Positions 1-9,678 are shown, counted from the stretch's first letter. The stretch: DNA of 64,000 bases from Betaproteobacteria bacterium SG8_41 (GCA_001303585.1 LJTT01000001.1:49088-113087), one strand, 5' to 3'. Notes: generated by a model from the sequence alone, not told the origin. Program-made: numbers and translations.

Positions 1-171
1 CTCGTCTGCGTGCAGTGTGGACATGTCGAGGAGTTCTTCGACTCGGAGATCGAGCAGCGGCAGGAGAAAGTGGCGAGAGACCGCGGCTTCCGGATCCAGG
101 ACCATTCGCTGCACATTTACGTCGAGTGCACCAAGGCTGATTGCCCCTACAAGCGTGGGGATGATGCCTGA
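1..171 (+). CDS. fur: Fur-family metalloregulator, C-terminal fragment (5' end outside window)
   Basis: Frame 1 reads LVCVQCGHVEEFFDSEIEQRQEKVARDRGFRIQDHSLHIYVECTKADCPYKRGDDA, then TGA at 169-171. The CxxC...C layout is typical of the Fur C-terminal domain. Absent from the ORF track because no start lies in the window. Confidence 0.75.
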   Translation, partial: LVCVQCGHVEEFFDSEIEQRQEKVARDRGFRIQDHSLHIYVECTKADCPYKRGDDA

Positions 172-374
172 ACGCTTACTCGAGCCGCTCCCAAGATAGC
201 GTAGTGCAGCTCCCGGTGCAGGCCGATACGCGCCGTCAGCATGAAAGAAGATGATGCATCCCCGGTCTCGCAAAGGCGCTCATCTGCAGCTGATGCTGTT
301 TCTTGGGTTTCAAGGGACATTCTCGTGAATGGCGATCGACCAGGGACGCGCTTCGCCGTTTCACGGGCGGCGCG

Positions 375-1232
375 ATGAGCGACGACAACGCGCTGTGGGA
401 GCGTCTTGCGCTTCACACCTGGACGCTCGACTCGACTCCGCTCGCGGAAGTGCTGCGCATTGCGCCGCGGGCCGGCTGGAACGCGGTCGAGTTGCGGCAC
501 GTCGATTTCGCGCGCGCGTCCAGTGTCGGCAATAGCCGCCGGGATCTGATCGAGCTCATCCGGGCAAGCGGCGTGAAAGTGGCGATACTCGGCGCGGAGT
601 ACGGCTGGATGTTCGCGAAGGGACGCGAGCAGCGCCGCATCTTCGCGGCACTGGCCGAGACTTGCGAGACCGCCAGCGCCCTCGGGTGCGACACGATCAT
701 GAGCGCGACTGGCCAGACCTCCGGCACCGTCAAGGAGGCGGCAGCCGCCTTGCGCGAAGCGGGAGGTATCGTCGAAGCCCATGGGCTGCGGCTCGCGTGG
801 GAGTACAGCTCGCAGCACCAGATTGTCAATCGCCTGGAGCTCGCTCGCGAGATCCTCGCGGCCGCCGCCCATCCGCACTGCGGTCTGCTGCTCGACGCTT
901 ATCATCTGGAACGCAGCGGTGACGGGGGCCGCGGCTTCGAGGACGTCCCTGCCAGCGACATCTTCGCTTTTCAGTACAGCGACGTGCCGGCCGCGCCCGC
1001 GGCCGGCGGGCTGAGGCCCGCCGATCGTCTGCCGCCCGGCCAGGGGATCGTGCGCTGGAGAGAGGTGTTCGGGCTGCTGATCGAAAAAGGTTACGCGGGC
1101 TACCTGAGCTACGAGGCGCCGAATCCGGCTGCCTGGGCCCGCCCGCCAGAGGATGTCGCGCGCGAGGCCGCCACCGCGACCCGCGCCCTGCTCTCGGAAA
1201 TATCGCGGGAATGGAATCTGCCGCCGCACTGA
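375..1232 (+). CDS. sugar phosphate isomerase/epimerase (xylose-isomerase-like TIM barrel) family protein
   Basis: ORF 303..1232 starts at TTG; the first ATG is at 375 (MSDDNALWERL). Segments GLLLDAYH and PGQGIVRWREVFGLLIEKGYAGYLSYEAPNP resemble this fold family. Confidence 0.7.
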   Translation: MSDDNALWERLALHTWTLDSTPLAEVLRIAPRAGWNAVELRHVDFARASSVGNSRRDLIELIRASGVKVAILGAEYGWMFAKGREQRRIFAALAETCETASALGCDTIMSATGQTSGTVKEAAAALREAGGIVEAHGLRLAWEYSSQHQIVNRLELAREILAAAAHPHCGLLLDAYHLERSGDGGRGFEDVPASDIFAFQYSDVPAAPAAGGLRPADRLPPGQGIVRWREVFGLLIEKGYAGYLSYEAPNPAAWARPPEDVAREAATATRALLSEISREWNLPPH

Positions 1233-1810
1233 TCCCGCTCTGGCTCAAGCTCGCCTATACCGCCATGGTGTTGATTACCGTGGCTGTCTACACCGTCAGG
1301 TATCCCCTCGGCAACTTCCTCTGGTTCTCGGACATCGCGCTGCTCGTAACCACGGCTGCTCTTTGGCTGGAGAGCCCGCTGCTCGCGAGCATGATGGCGG
1401 TCGGCACGCTGCTGCCCGAGATACTCTGGAATGTGAGCTTCTTCGGGCAACTCCTCACCGGACGGCGCGTGAGCGGGCTGACCGACTACATGTTCGACGC
1501 GCGCCTGCCCCGCGCTCTGCGCGCGCTATCCCTCTTTCATGTCCTCCTGCCATTTTTGTTGCTATGGCTCCTCGACCGGCTCGGCTACGACCCGCGGGCG
1601 CTTGTCGCGCAGACAGCACTTGCATGGGTGGTCCTGCCGCTCACCTTCTGGCTGACTAATCCCAAAGACAACGTCAACTGGGTATTCGGCTGGGGCGCCG
1701 GACCGCAGCGACACTTCCCGCCACTCCTCTACCTTGCGTTGTTAATGGCAGGCTTCGCGGCGCTGATTCATTATCCGACGCATCTCGTGCTGCAGCGGCT
1801 CTTTGGCTGA
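1211..1810 (+). CDS. integral membrane protein, family not recognised
   Basis: ATG ORF of 199 aa with about six hydrophobic segments (LAYTAMVLITVAVYTV, LLPFLLLWLL, LLYLALLMAGFAALI). Overlaps the upstream gene by 22 nt. Confidence 0.6.
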   Translation: MESAAALIPLWLKLAYTAMVLITVAVYTVRYPLGNFLWFSDIALLVTTAALWLESPLLASMMAVGTLLPEILWNVSFFGQLLTGRRVSGLTDYMFDARLPRALRALSLFHVLLPFLLLWLLDRLGYDPRALVAQTALAWVVLPLTFWLTNPKDNVNWVFGWGAGPQRHFPPLLYLALLMAGFAALIHYPTHLVLQRLFG

Positions 1811-1822
1811 CGCCCAAAACTC

Positions 1823-1878
1823 GGTGACCGGTCATGGGTTACCCGCCACTGGTCACTGCTCACTCGTCACTGGTCACG
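1823..1878. repeat. eight direct 7-nt units, GGTCAC family
   Basis: ggtgacc ggtcatg ggttacc cgccact ggtcact gctcact cgtcact ggtcacg. Covers the recN stop codon (1867-1869). Confidence 0.85.
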
Positions 1879-3531
1879 GCTCTTAAGCATTTCGGCGGCG
1901 TGCTTGCGCGTCGTCTCGGTTATCTTGACTCCCCCCAGCATGCGCGCGATCTCCTCGAGGCGCTGTTCCTCGTCCAGCACCGTCAGCCTGGAGACCACCT
2001 TGCCATTGGCCGTCGTCTTGCTCACCTGCCATTGCTGATCGGCCGAGGCCGCAACTTGCGGCAGGTGCGTGATGCACATCACCTGGTAGGTCTGCCCGAG
2101 CCGCTTGAGCATCTTGCCCACGATCTCCGCGACACGCCCGCCGATACCCGCGTCGACCTCGTCGAAGATGAGGGTCGGCACCTGTGCGACCCGGCTCGTC
2201 ACTGTCTGGATCGCGAGCGAAAGGCGGGAGAGTTCACCGCCCGATGCAACCTTGCCAAGCGGATGCGTTGCCATGCCCTTGTGCGAGGCGACGAGAAACT
2301 CGACATTCTCGAGACCATGGGCAGTCACCTCTGGCAGCTCTGCCAGTGCCACCTCGAACCGGCCGCCCGCCATGGCGAGTGTCTGCATCGCTTGCGTCAC
2401 CTCTCGCGCCAGCTTCGCGGCGGCCTTCCTTCGCGCAGCCGACAGCATTTTGGCCTCCGCCGTGCACGCCGCGTGCGCTTCCTCCTCGAGACGGCGCAGC
2501 GATTCGGCATCACCACCCTCGCCCAGATCGCTCAACCGCGCCTTGGCCGCCGCGAGCCTTGCGGACAAGTCCTCGGGCGGGATTCGATACTTGCGCGCCG
2601 CAGAATGGATGGTATCGAGCCGGTGCTCGATCTCGCGCAACCGCTGCGGATCGAGCTCAAGGCGCTCGCCGTAACGGCGCAGGCTGTAAAGCGCCTCCTG
2701 TAGCTGGATTTGCGCCGGCTCCAGCACATCGAGGATCTCGCGCAGCCGACCGTCGTGTTCAATGAGGGCGTTGAGGCGGTTGATGACGCCGTTCAGTTGC
2801 GCGATACACGAGTTCTCCGCCTCCGACAGTGCTTCGGTGCCAGCCTGGGCGGCCTCGATCAGGCTCGCCGCATGCGCGAGCCGCGCATGCTCAGCCGCGA
2901 GCTCTATCCACTCGCCGTCAGCCAGATGCAACGCCTCGAGCTCGCGCACCTGCCATTCAAGCTGTTCGCGCTCCGCAGCAAACGCGGCGGCATTGGTCTC
3001 GAATGCGATACGGTCTTCCTGTCGCTTCTGCCAAGCCCGGTACCGCTCTCTCACCTTGGCGGCGCTCTGCGCGAGCCCGCCGTAGGCGTCGAGCAACTCC
3101 CGCTGTGCCGCCGTCCGCAGCAGCGACTGATGCTGATGCTGTCCGTGAATGTCCACGAGGAATTCGCCGAGCTCGCGCAGCTGCGCGAGCGTTACGGGCC
3201 GACCATTGACGAAGCCCCGTGAGCGCCCCGACGCTTCGACGACGCGCCGCATCAGGCACACATCCTCATCGCCGGAGAGATCGTTTTCCGCCAACCAGTG
3301 CCCCGCCTGCCGGTGGCCTGCCGTATCGAACTCGGCGCTGATGTCGGCACGCTCGGCGCCACTGCGCACCGCGATCGCCTCGGCTCGCTCGCCCAGCACC
3401 AGCGCCAGCGCATCGATCAGGATCGACTTGCCCGCCCCGGTTTCGCCCGTGAGCACCGTGAAACCGGAGGAAAATTCCAGTTCCATGCGGTCCACGATGA
3501 CGAAATCGCGGATACTCAGGCTGCGCAGCAT
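1867..3531 (-). CDS. recN: DNA repair protein RecN
   Basis: MLRSLSIRDFVIVDRMELEFSSGFTVLTGETGAGKSILIDAL (Walker A), long coiled-coil middle, C-terminal SGGELSRLSLAIQ signature. ATG at 3531 chosen over the track start at 3606. Confidence 0.92.
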   Translation of the reverse strand: MLRSLSIRDFVIVDRMELEFSSGFTVLTGETGAGKSILIDALALVLGERAEAIAVRSGAERADISAEFDTAGHRQAGHWLAENDLSGDEDVCLMRRVVEASGRSRGFVNGRPVTLAQLRELGEFLVDIHGQHQHQSLLRTAAQRELLDAYGGLAQSAAKVRERYRAWQKRQEDRIAFETNAAAFAAEREQLEWQVRELEALHLADGEWIELAAEHARLAHAASLIEAAQAGTEALSEAENSCIAQLNGVINRLNALIEHDGRLREILDVLEPAQIQLQEALYSLRRYGERLELDPQRLREIEHRLDTIHSAARKYRIPPEDLSARLAAAKARLSDLGEGGDAESLRRLEEEAHAACTAEAKMLSAARRKAAAKLAREVTQAMQTLAMAGGRFEVALAELPEVTAHGLENVEFLVASHKGMATHPLGKVASGGELSRLSLAIQTVTSRVAQVPTLIFDEVDAGIGGRVAEIVGKMLKRLGQTYQVMCITHLPQVAASADQQWQVSKTTANGKVVSRLTVLDEEQRLEEIARMLGGVKITETTRKHAAEMLKSRDQ

Positions 3532-3539
3532 GAGAAAAC

Positions 3540-3634
3540 GGTGACTGGCGACCGGTGCCCGGTGACTGGACAAAGCGCAAAGAAACAGAAGTGGCTCACG
3601 GAGCACCCGTCACGGGTCACAGGTCACTGGTCAC
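3540..3634. repeat. inverted pair of 4+4 heptads, GGTCAC family, with a 39-nt centre
   Basis: Left arm ggtgact ggcgacc ggtgccc ggtgact (3540-3567); right arm ccgtcac gggtcac aggtcac tggtcac (3607-3634). Lies between the recN start and the nadK stop. Confidence 0.9.
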
Positions 3635-3637
3635 GCT

Positions 3638-4507
3638 CTATTCTCTGTTCCAGTTGAGCTTCTCCCGCAACATACTGTAATAGCTGTGCCCGACGGGATG
3701 GAGCAGGTGGATCGCATGGTCATAGCGTCGCACTACCACGCGGTCGCCTTCGCGCAGCTCAAAACGGGAGTGGCTGTCGAAGTGCGCCTGCGCGTCGCCC
3801 ACCCCTCGCGCGACGATGTCCACCGTGCAGTCGCTGCTGATCACGATGGGACGGTTAGAGAGTGTATGGGGCGAGACCGGGACCAGCGCCATGACGGACA
3901 GCGAAGGGTGCACGATCGGGCCGCCTGCGGACAGCGCGTAGGCCGTCGAACCCGTTGGCGTCGCGACGATCAACCCGTCTCCACGCTGGCTGTAGATGAA
4001 CTGGCCGTCGATGTGGACGTCGAGATCGAGCATGTTCCCCTTCACGCCTTTGCTCACCACGACTTCGTTGAAGGCGAGAACGTCGAAGAGCGTCTCCTCG
4101 CCGCGAAGGCCCTGGCCGCCGAGGAGCATGCGCGGCTCGGTCACGAACTTGCCGTCCAGCACATCGCCGATGGTGTCGAACATCGTATCGATCGAGATGT
4201 CCGTGAGGAAGCCCAGTCGGCCCTGGTTCACCCCGACCAGCGCGACGTCGTACGGCGCAAGGATGCGCGCAATGTTGAGCATCGTCCCGTCACCGCCAAT
4301 CACGATCGCGAGGTCAGCTTCCCGGCCGAGTTCTTCCAGTGTGTGAACCCGTTGCTTGACCGGCCCCAGATGCTTGGCAGTGAGCGCGTCGATCAGCACG
4401 GTGACCTCGCGCTTTTCCAGAAACTGCGCCAATTTGAGCACTGACTCGGCGACCTCGGGGCTCCGGTATTTCCCGATCACCGCGACGGTCTGGAAAGATG
4501 ATTTCAT
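3638..4507 (-). CDS. nadK: NAD kinase
   Basis: MKSSFQTVAVIGKY..., GGDGTMLN motif, about 290 aa. ATG at 4507; the track extension to 4627 runs through repeat DNA. Confidence 0.9.
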   Translation of the reverse strand: MKSSFQTVAVIGKYRSPEVAESVLKLAQFLEKREVTVLIDALTAKHLGPVKQRVHTLEELGREADLAIVIGGDGTMLNIARILAPYDVALVGVNQGRLGFLTDISIDTMFDTIGDVLDGKFVTEPRMLLGGQGLRGEETLFDVLAFNEVVVSKGVKGNMLDLDVHIDGQFIYSQRGDGLIVATPTGSTAYALSAGGPIVHPSLSVMALVPVSPHTLSNRPIVISSDCTVDIVARGVGDAQAHFDSHSRFELREGDRVVVRRYDHAIHLLHPVGHSYYSMLREKLNWNRE

Positions 4508-4530
4508 GGCGGCATTAGACCACAAAACCC

Positions 4531-4669
4531 CGTGGCCAGTGACCGGCGACCCGTGGGTGGAGAGACCCCGATGAAAGCCGCGTTCCCCGTTAGAATCACG
4601 CCCGACGGCTCGCCCCTCATCGGTCACCCGTTACTGGTCACGGGTAACGGGTCACGGGTCACGGGTCAC
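4531..4669. repeat. inverted heptad arms (4 + 7 units), GGTCAC family
   Basis: Left arm cgtggcc agtgacc ggcgacc cgtgggt (4531-4558); right arm cggtcac ccgttac tggtcac gggtaac gggtcac gggtcac gggtcac (4621-4669). Lies in the nadK/hrcA divergent spacer. Confidence 0.9.
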
Positions 4670-4690
4670 GGTTTTTAGTAGAATAACACC

Positions 4691-5722
4691 ATGGCAGACG
4701 CACCCGTTTTGAACGAACGAGCCCAGCTCCTGCTGAAGACGCTGGTCGAACGCTACGTCGCGGAGGGTCAGCCGGTGGGCTCGCGTGCTTTGTCAAAGTT
4801 CTCCGGTCTCGATCTGAGCCCCGCGAGCATCCGCAACATCATGTCGGACCTCGAGGAAATGGGCTTCATCGCGAGCCCGCATACATCGGCCGGCCGGGTT
4901 CCGACCGCGCGCGGATACCGGTTCTTCGTGGATACGCTGCTTACCATCAAGCCGCTCGACCGGATGGAAGTCCATCAGCTCGAGGAGCAGCTCGACACCG
5001 AGAACCGGCAGCGACTCGTGACATCTGCTTCGCACCTCCTTTCCGAGTTGACGCATTTTGCTGGAGTGGTGCGGACACCACGCCGCAACTCCGGGTTTCG
5101 CCACATCGAGTTCCTGCGTCTCTCGGAAAGCCGCATCCTGCTCATCATCGTCACACCGGAAGGCGACGTGCAAAACCGCATCCTGCACACCGACAGGCCG
5201 TTTGCCCCGTCGGAGCTGACGGAAGCTGCCAATATTCTCAACCAGCACTACGCGGGCCTCACCTTCACCGAAATCCGTCACCGGATCCGCGATGAGCTGA
5301 GGCAGCTGACCGAGGACATGACGCAGTTGATGACGGCCGCCCTGGAAGCGGGAAGCCGTGCCGAAACAGAATCCTCGGAGGACGTCGTGATCTCGGGCGA
5401 GAGTAACCTGCTCGATTCGCAGGACCTCTCTTCCAACATGTCCAATCTGCGCAGGCTCTTCGAGCTCTTCGACCGCAAGACCGGCCTGCTGCAGCTGCTC
5501 GACGTATCGAGCCGCGCCCAGGGAGTCCAGATTTTCATCGGTGGCGAATCCGGCGTGGCGCCGCTCGACGAGTGCAGCGTTATCGCGGCTCCCTACACCG
5601 TGGATGGCCAGGTGGTCGGCACTGTCGGCGTCATCGGCCCGACGCGCATGGCTTACGAGCGCGTGATACCCCTGGTGGATATCACCGCGAAACTCCTCAC
5701 CACCGTGCTTACGCAGCGCTGA
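4691..5722 (+). CDS. hrcA: heat-inducible transcription repressor HrcA
   Basis: N-terminal winged helix [30 protein letters not shown], 343 aa, next to heat-shock genes. Confidence 0.9.
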   Translation: MADAPVLNERAQLLLKTLVERYVAEGQPVGSRALSKFSGLDLSPASIRNIMSDLEEMGFIASPHTSAGRVPTARGYRFFVDTLLTIKPLDRMEVHQLEEQLDTENRQRLVTSASHLLSELTHFAGVVRTPRRNSGFRHIEFLRLSESRILLIIVTPEGDVQNRILHTDRPFAPSELTEAANILNQHYAGLTFTEIRHRIRDELRQLTEDMTQLMTAALEAGSRAETESSEDVVISGESNLLDSQDLSSNMSNLRRLFELFDRKTGLLQLLDVSSRAQGVQIFIGGESGVAPLDECSVIAAPYTVDGQVVGTVGVIGPTRMAYERVIPLVDITAKLLTTVLTQR

Positions 5723-5734
5723 ACTTCGCGTTCG

Positions 5735-5824
5735 TTCCAGGTTCAAGGTTCCATGTTCAAGGTTCGATGCCCTGGAAGCCTTCCTTGAACTTTGAACATT
5801 AAACCCGGAACATTGAACCGTGAA
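5735..5824. repeat. inverted heptad arms, GGTTCAA family
   Basis: Left arm ttccagg ttcaagg ttccatg ttcaagg ttcgatg (5735-5769); right arm cctggaa ... ccttgaa ctttgaa cattaaa cccggaa cattgaa ccgtgaa (5771-5824). The hemH GTG (5820) is in the last unit. Confidence 0.85.
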
Positions 5825-6905
5825 CCCAGAACCTCCCTACGCCCACGGGACCGAGCCTCGAATCGGCGTTCTGCTCGTCAACCTGGGCACACCGGACGCG
5901 CCGAACGCCAGCGCGGTGCGCACCTACCTTCGGGAGTTCCTTTCCGACCCGAGAGTCGTCGAAATTCCGCGCATTGTATGGTGGCCGATCCTGCATGGCT
6001 TCGTTCTCACAACGCGGCCGAGGGGATCGGCCGAACGCTATGCCCAGGTGTGGATGAGCGACGGCTCGCCGCTCAAGGTTCACACCGAACGGCAGACCAA
6101 GCTCGTGCGCGGTTATCTCGGCGATCGCGCCCGACAGCTGCCCATCGTGCTCGACTATGCGATGCGCTACGGCTCACCATCGATCGCGGAAAAGATGCGC
6201 GAGCTGAAGCTTCATCATTGCAACCGCATTCTGGTCGTGCCGCTCTACCCCCAGTACTCCGCCAGCACCACGGCCTCCGTCGTCGATGCCGCCACCGCCT
6301 GCCTTGCGTCCATGCGCAACCAGCCGGCGCTGCGGACGGTACGCAGCTTTCACGACCATCCCGGCTACATCGGGGCGCTGGCACAAAGCGTGCGCGACTA
6401 CTGGATGAGAAACCACCGGCCGGATGTGCTTCTCATGAGTTTTCACGGGGTGCCGCGCTACACGCTCGAGAAGGGGGACCCCTACCACTGTGAGTGCCAG
6501 AAGACGGGGCGCTTGCTCGCGGAGGCGCTGTCGCTGCGCCCGGAGCAGTACCGGATCACCTTCCAGTCGCGCTTCGGCAGGACGGAGTGGCTGAAGCCCT
6601 ACACCGCTGACGTCCTGAAGGAGCTCGGCAAACAAGGGCTCGGGCGCGTCGACGTCATGTGCCCAGGCTTCGTCAGCGATTGCCTGGAAACGCTCGAGGA
6701 AATCGCGATCGAGGGAAAGACGATCTTCCTCAAGTCCGGCGGGCGGGAGTTCCATCACATCCCTTGCCTCAACGAGCGCGACGACTGGATCCACACGCTC
6801 ACCGACATTGTGTTGCGAAATCTCCTTGGCTGGGAACACAAGGTTTCAAGCGAGCAGCTGGAGAAATCGCGCCTGAGCGCGCTTGCCATGGGTGCGGAAA
6901 GCTAG
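5820..6905 (+). CDS. hemH: ferrochelatase
   Basis: [16 protein letters not shown]-terminal motif and length 361 aa. The GTG start at 5820 lies inside a repeat arm, and there is no upstream ATG. Confidence 0.9.
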   Translation: MNPEPPYAHGTEPRIGVLLVNLGTPDAPNASAVRTYLREFLSDPRVVEIPRIVWWPILHGFVLTTRPRGSAERYAQVWMSDGSPLKVHTERQTKLVRGYLGDRARQLPIVLDYAMRYGSPSIAEKMRELKLHHCNRILVVPLYPQYSASTTASVVDAATACLASMRNQPALRTVRSFHDHPGYIGALAQSVRDYWMRNHRPDVLLMSFHGVPRYTLEKGDPYHCECQKTGRLLAEALSLRPEQYRITFQSRFGRTEWLKPYTADVLKELGKQGLGRVDVMCPGFVSDCLETLEEIAIEGKTIFLKSGGREFHHIPCLNERDDWIHTLTDIVLRNLLGWEHKVSSEQLEKSRLSALAMGAES

Positions 6906-6988
6906 CGCGCCCGCAAAACGGGCGGTCCCGGATCGTCCGCGGAAAGTCGTTTGTCGAGACCAGGCGCGTCCATTTTCAAGGGGAATCC

Positions 6989-8344
6989 ATGAAAGAACCG
7001 GAACGGGACGTCTTGCGCACGGCCAGCCGCACGCTGTGCGCCCACCTCGCGAACACGAGGTTCGAGGACCTGCCAGCAAAAGCCGTGCACGAGGCGCGGC
7101 GGGGCCTGCTCGACTGGCTCGGCTGTGCTCTGGCGGGTAGCGGCCACCCGACGATCGGCAAGCTGGTCGGCGTGCTGCAAGCAGTGAGCGGTAATGCGCA
7201 GGCGACAGTGCTTGGACGGCGGCTCAGGCTCGGCCTTCTGGACGCGCCGCTCGCGAACGGCCAGATGGGGCACGTGCTTGATTTCGACGACACGCACATG
7301 GGAGGCGTCGTCCTGCATACCAGCTCTCCGGTCCTCGCCGCGCTCCTCCCGCTGGCCGAGCGCCGGCCGACCTCGGGCAAGGACCTCGTCGTCGCCTACG
7401 CCGCCGGATTCGAGGCCGGCGTGCGCTGCGGCCAGGCCGCGCCCGCGCACCATGCCGGCGGCTGGCACCTGACCGGGACGCTCGGCAGTACCGCAGCCGG
7501 TGTCGCCGCAGGCCGCATCATGGGGCTGGACGAGGAGCGACTCACTTATGCCATGGGCATCGCTACAACGCAGGCCGCCGGCATGCAGCAGAACCGCGGA
7601 ACGATGTGCAAGTCGTTTCATGCCGGCAAGGCAGCCTCAAGCGGCGTGCTGGCGGCCCTGCTGGCGCAGAATGGCTTCGACAGCTCGCAGGAGATCATTG
7701 AGGGCAAGCGCGGTTTCTGCCGCATCTACAGCAGCATTGCCGCTCCCGAGAAACTCACCAGCGGACTCGGCGACAACTGGGAGATTGCGCGCAACGGCCA
7801 CAAGCCGTATGCGTGCGGCGTGGTGTTGCACCCGCTCATCGACGCGCTGGTGAAGATTCGTAGCGAGAGCGCGATCGATCCGGCCACGGTCAGCTCAATC
7901 GAGCTGCGCGTCCACCCGCACGTGCTCTCGGTCACGGGCGTCGTCGAACCGACCACTGGCTTGCAGTCGAAGTTCAGCGTCTACCACAGCGCCGCCGTTG
8001 CGTTGATGGACGGCGCTGCGGGCATTGCGCAGTACAGCGATCAGCGCGCGACAGACGCCGCAGTCACCGCGCTTCGCCGCAAGGTCACCGCGACGCCTGA
8101 TGAAAGCTTTCGCAAGGACCAGGCCTGGGCACGAGTCGTCACCGGCAAGACCTCCCGCGAAGCGCACGTGGACCATGCGAGCGGCACCATTGACAACCCG
8201 ATGACGGACGCGGCAATCGAGGCCAAGTTCCTCGCTAATGCCGAGACTGCGATTGGGATGGAAAACGCGCGGCGCTTGGCAGAGGGCGTCTGGAAGCTGG
8301 ACACCGCGGCTGACGTTCGCCCGCTGATAGCGCTCGCCGCCTGA
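6989..8344 (+). CDS. MmgE/PrpD family protein (2-methylcitrate dehydratase-like)
   Basis: ATG at 6989 (MKEPERDVLRTASRTLCAHLANTRFEDLPAKAVHEARRGLLDWLGCALAG) is a typical PrpD-family N-terminus. The track start at 6659 overlaps hemH. Confidence 0.8.
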   Translation: MKEPERDVLRTASRTLCAHLANTRFEDLPAKAVHEARRGLLDWLGCALAGSGHPTIGKLVGVLQAVSGNAQATVLGRRLRLGLLDAPLANGQMGHVLDFDDTHMGGVVLHTSSPVLAALLPLAERRPTSGKDLVVAYAAGFEAGVRCGQAAPAHHAGGWHLTGTLGSTAAGVAAGRIMGLDEERLTYAMGIATTQAAGMQQNRGTMCKSFHAGKAASSGVLAALLAQNGFDSSQEIIEGKRGFCRIYSSIAAPEKLTSGLGDNWEIARNGHKPYACGVVLHPLIDALVKIRSESAIDPATVSSIELRVHPHVLSVTGVVEPTTGLQSKFSVYHSAAVALMDGAAGIAQYSDQRATDAAVTALRRKVTATPDESFRKDQAWARVVTGKTSREAHVDHASGTIDNPMTDAAIEAKFLANAETAIGMENARRLAEGVWKLDTAADVRPLIALAA

Positions 8345-8375
8345 ACGCCGACAGCCGCGAGCAGACCCACGCCGG

Positions 8376-8711
8376 TCATTCGGCCAGCAGCGCCCTCACC
8401 CGCTCCAGCAGCGCCGCGTCCTCCGTCCCCGCCACGGTCCCACGCAAGCAGTCCTCGATCAGCTCAAGTTGTGCCGCGATCTCGGCGTGCTCGCGCACCA
8501 TAATCGCCGCAGCCGCGTCCGGATCGGGACCGGCGCCGAGGAACGGCGTGAGAAGCTCGTCCTCGACGTAGAGGTGTCGCGTGAGAGCGCGGGGGAATTC
8601 CAACAGCAGGGGCGTCGCCACCACGGCCGCACTACCGGTATCGAGTACACGCAATGCATCCGCGAGCAAACTGTCGGGACGCCGATGCTCGCGCTGGAGC
8701 AGATCGAGCAA
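8376..8711 (-). CDS. hemerythrin-like (HHE cation-binding) domain protein, possibly 5'-truncated
   Basis: LLQREHRR ... MVREHAEIAAQLELIEDCL has His/Glu spacing like hemerythrin-type four-helix bundles. Only a TTG start is available. The in-frame upstream stretch (APILRWPT) has no start codon. Confidence 0.4.
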   Translation of the reverse strand: MLDLLQREHRRPDSLLADALRVLDTGSAAVVATPLLLEFPRALTRHLYVEDELLTPFLGAGPDPDAAAAIMVREHAEIAAQLELIEDCLRGTVAGTEDAALLERVRALLAE

Positions 8712-9009
8712 CGTCGGCCAGCGGAGAATCGGCGCGGTGCTGGACGAGAGTTTGCCAGCGCCCGCCCTTCCCGACGATAGATCAGGCGAGTTTGTGGCCT
8801 ATCTGCAGGCCGAGGCTGCGCATCAAAAGCGAGGGCTCCTAGGCGGTGAGCAGCACCACGCTCTCGCCCGACCGCAGGTCCCGGACCGCGCAGAATGCCG
8901 CCCCCTGCACGCGGTTCGGGGTCTCGCCGGTGATATCCACGATCTCTGATGGCAGTTCTTTCAAAACTTTATAATTATAATCAATTACTTGTGAAATTTA
9001 CCCTGCTCC

Positions 9010-9037
9010 CTTGAAATGAGCGGGTATAGCCCAATGT
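9010..9037 (+). promoter_or_regulatory. sigma-32 (RpoH) type heat-shock promoter upstream of grpE
   Basis: CTTGAAA (9010-9016), a 13-nt spacer, then CCCAATGT (9030-9037), against the consensus CTTGAAA-N13-15-CCCCATNT. It lies 23 nt upstream of the grpE ATG. Confidence 0.6.
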
Positions 9038-9059
9038 GTTTCGAGTTAACACGGAGACC

Positions 9060-9662
9060 ATGATGCAGGAAACACCCGATGCCCGCACTGCTGATTCAAG
9101 CCAGCAGGAAGGACCGGCCGGCGAGCTGACCGAGCAGCCCGGTACGCCCGAGACGCCGCAGCAAGCACCCGAGCCCTCTGCTCCCGAAACAATGCCGAGC
9201 CTCGAGGTGCTGCTCAAACGCGCCGAACTTGCAGCGCAGGAGCACCATGACGCCTGGCTGCGCGCGAAAGCAGAAGCAGACAACATCCGTAAACGCGCGC
9301 AGTCTGAGATCGCCAGTGCTCACAAGTTCGCCGTGGAGAGCTTCGCGACGGAATTGCTGGCAGTAAAGGATAGCCTCGAAGCGGCGCTTGCCGTGGAAAA
9401 TGCGTCCGTCGAGAGCATGAAAAGCGGCGTCGAGCTGACGCTGAAGCAGCTCTTGAGCGTGTTCGAGAAATTCAGCCTCACGGAAATCGACCCGGCGGGC
9501 CAGAAATTCGATCCTCACCGGCACCAGGCGATCAGCGTCGTCGAGGGCGAAGCAGAGCCCAACACGGTGGTTCAGGTGCTTCAGAAAGGCTGCCTGCTGC
9601 ATGACCGGGTGATTCGTCCTGCCCTGGTGACGGTGTCGAAGACCAGGAGCGTTGAAAGTTGA
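9060..9662 (+). CDS. grpE: nucleotide exchange factor GrpE
   Basis: ATG at 9060 preceded by [36 protein letters not shown] is a typical GrpE core. Confidence 0.9.
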   Translation: MMQETPDARTADSSQQEGPAGELTEQPGTPETPQQAPEPSAPETMPSLEVLLKRAELAAQEHHDAWLRAKAEADNIRKRAQSEIASAHKFAVESFATELLAVKDSLEAALAVENASVESMKSGVELTLKQLLSVFEKFSLTEIDPAGQKFDPHRHQAISVVEGEAEPNTVVQVLQKGCLLHDRVIRPALVTVSKTRSVES

Positions 9663-9678
9663 GGGTTGACCCCAATAT
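9651..9678 (+). promoter_or_regulatory. possible sigma-32 type promoter for dnaK, overlapping the grpE 3' end
   Basis: GTTGAAA (9651-9657), a 12-nt spacer, then CCCCAATAT (9670-9678). The spacer is one nt shorter than the usual range. Confidence 0.4.

Noticed and set aside
147-1229. Long ORFs antisense to, or out of frame with, recognisable genes. Examples: 147..1229 (-), 1834..2703 (+), 9832..11511 (-) inside dnaK, 11709..13160 (-) over dnaJ, 21490..22986 (-) over nupC, 23391..24584 (+) over cysS, 58151..59626 (-) over metG.
   Set aside because: These are typical shadow ORFs of GC-rich DNA. Their translations are Arg/Ala/Gly/Pro-rich with no motifs, while the overlapping frame has clear family signatures.
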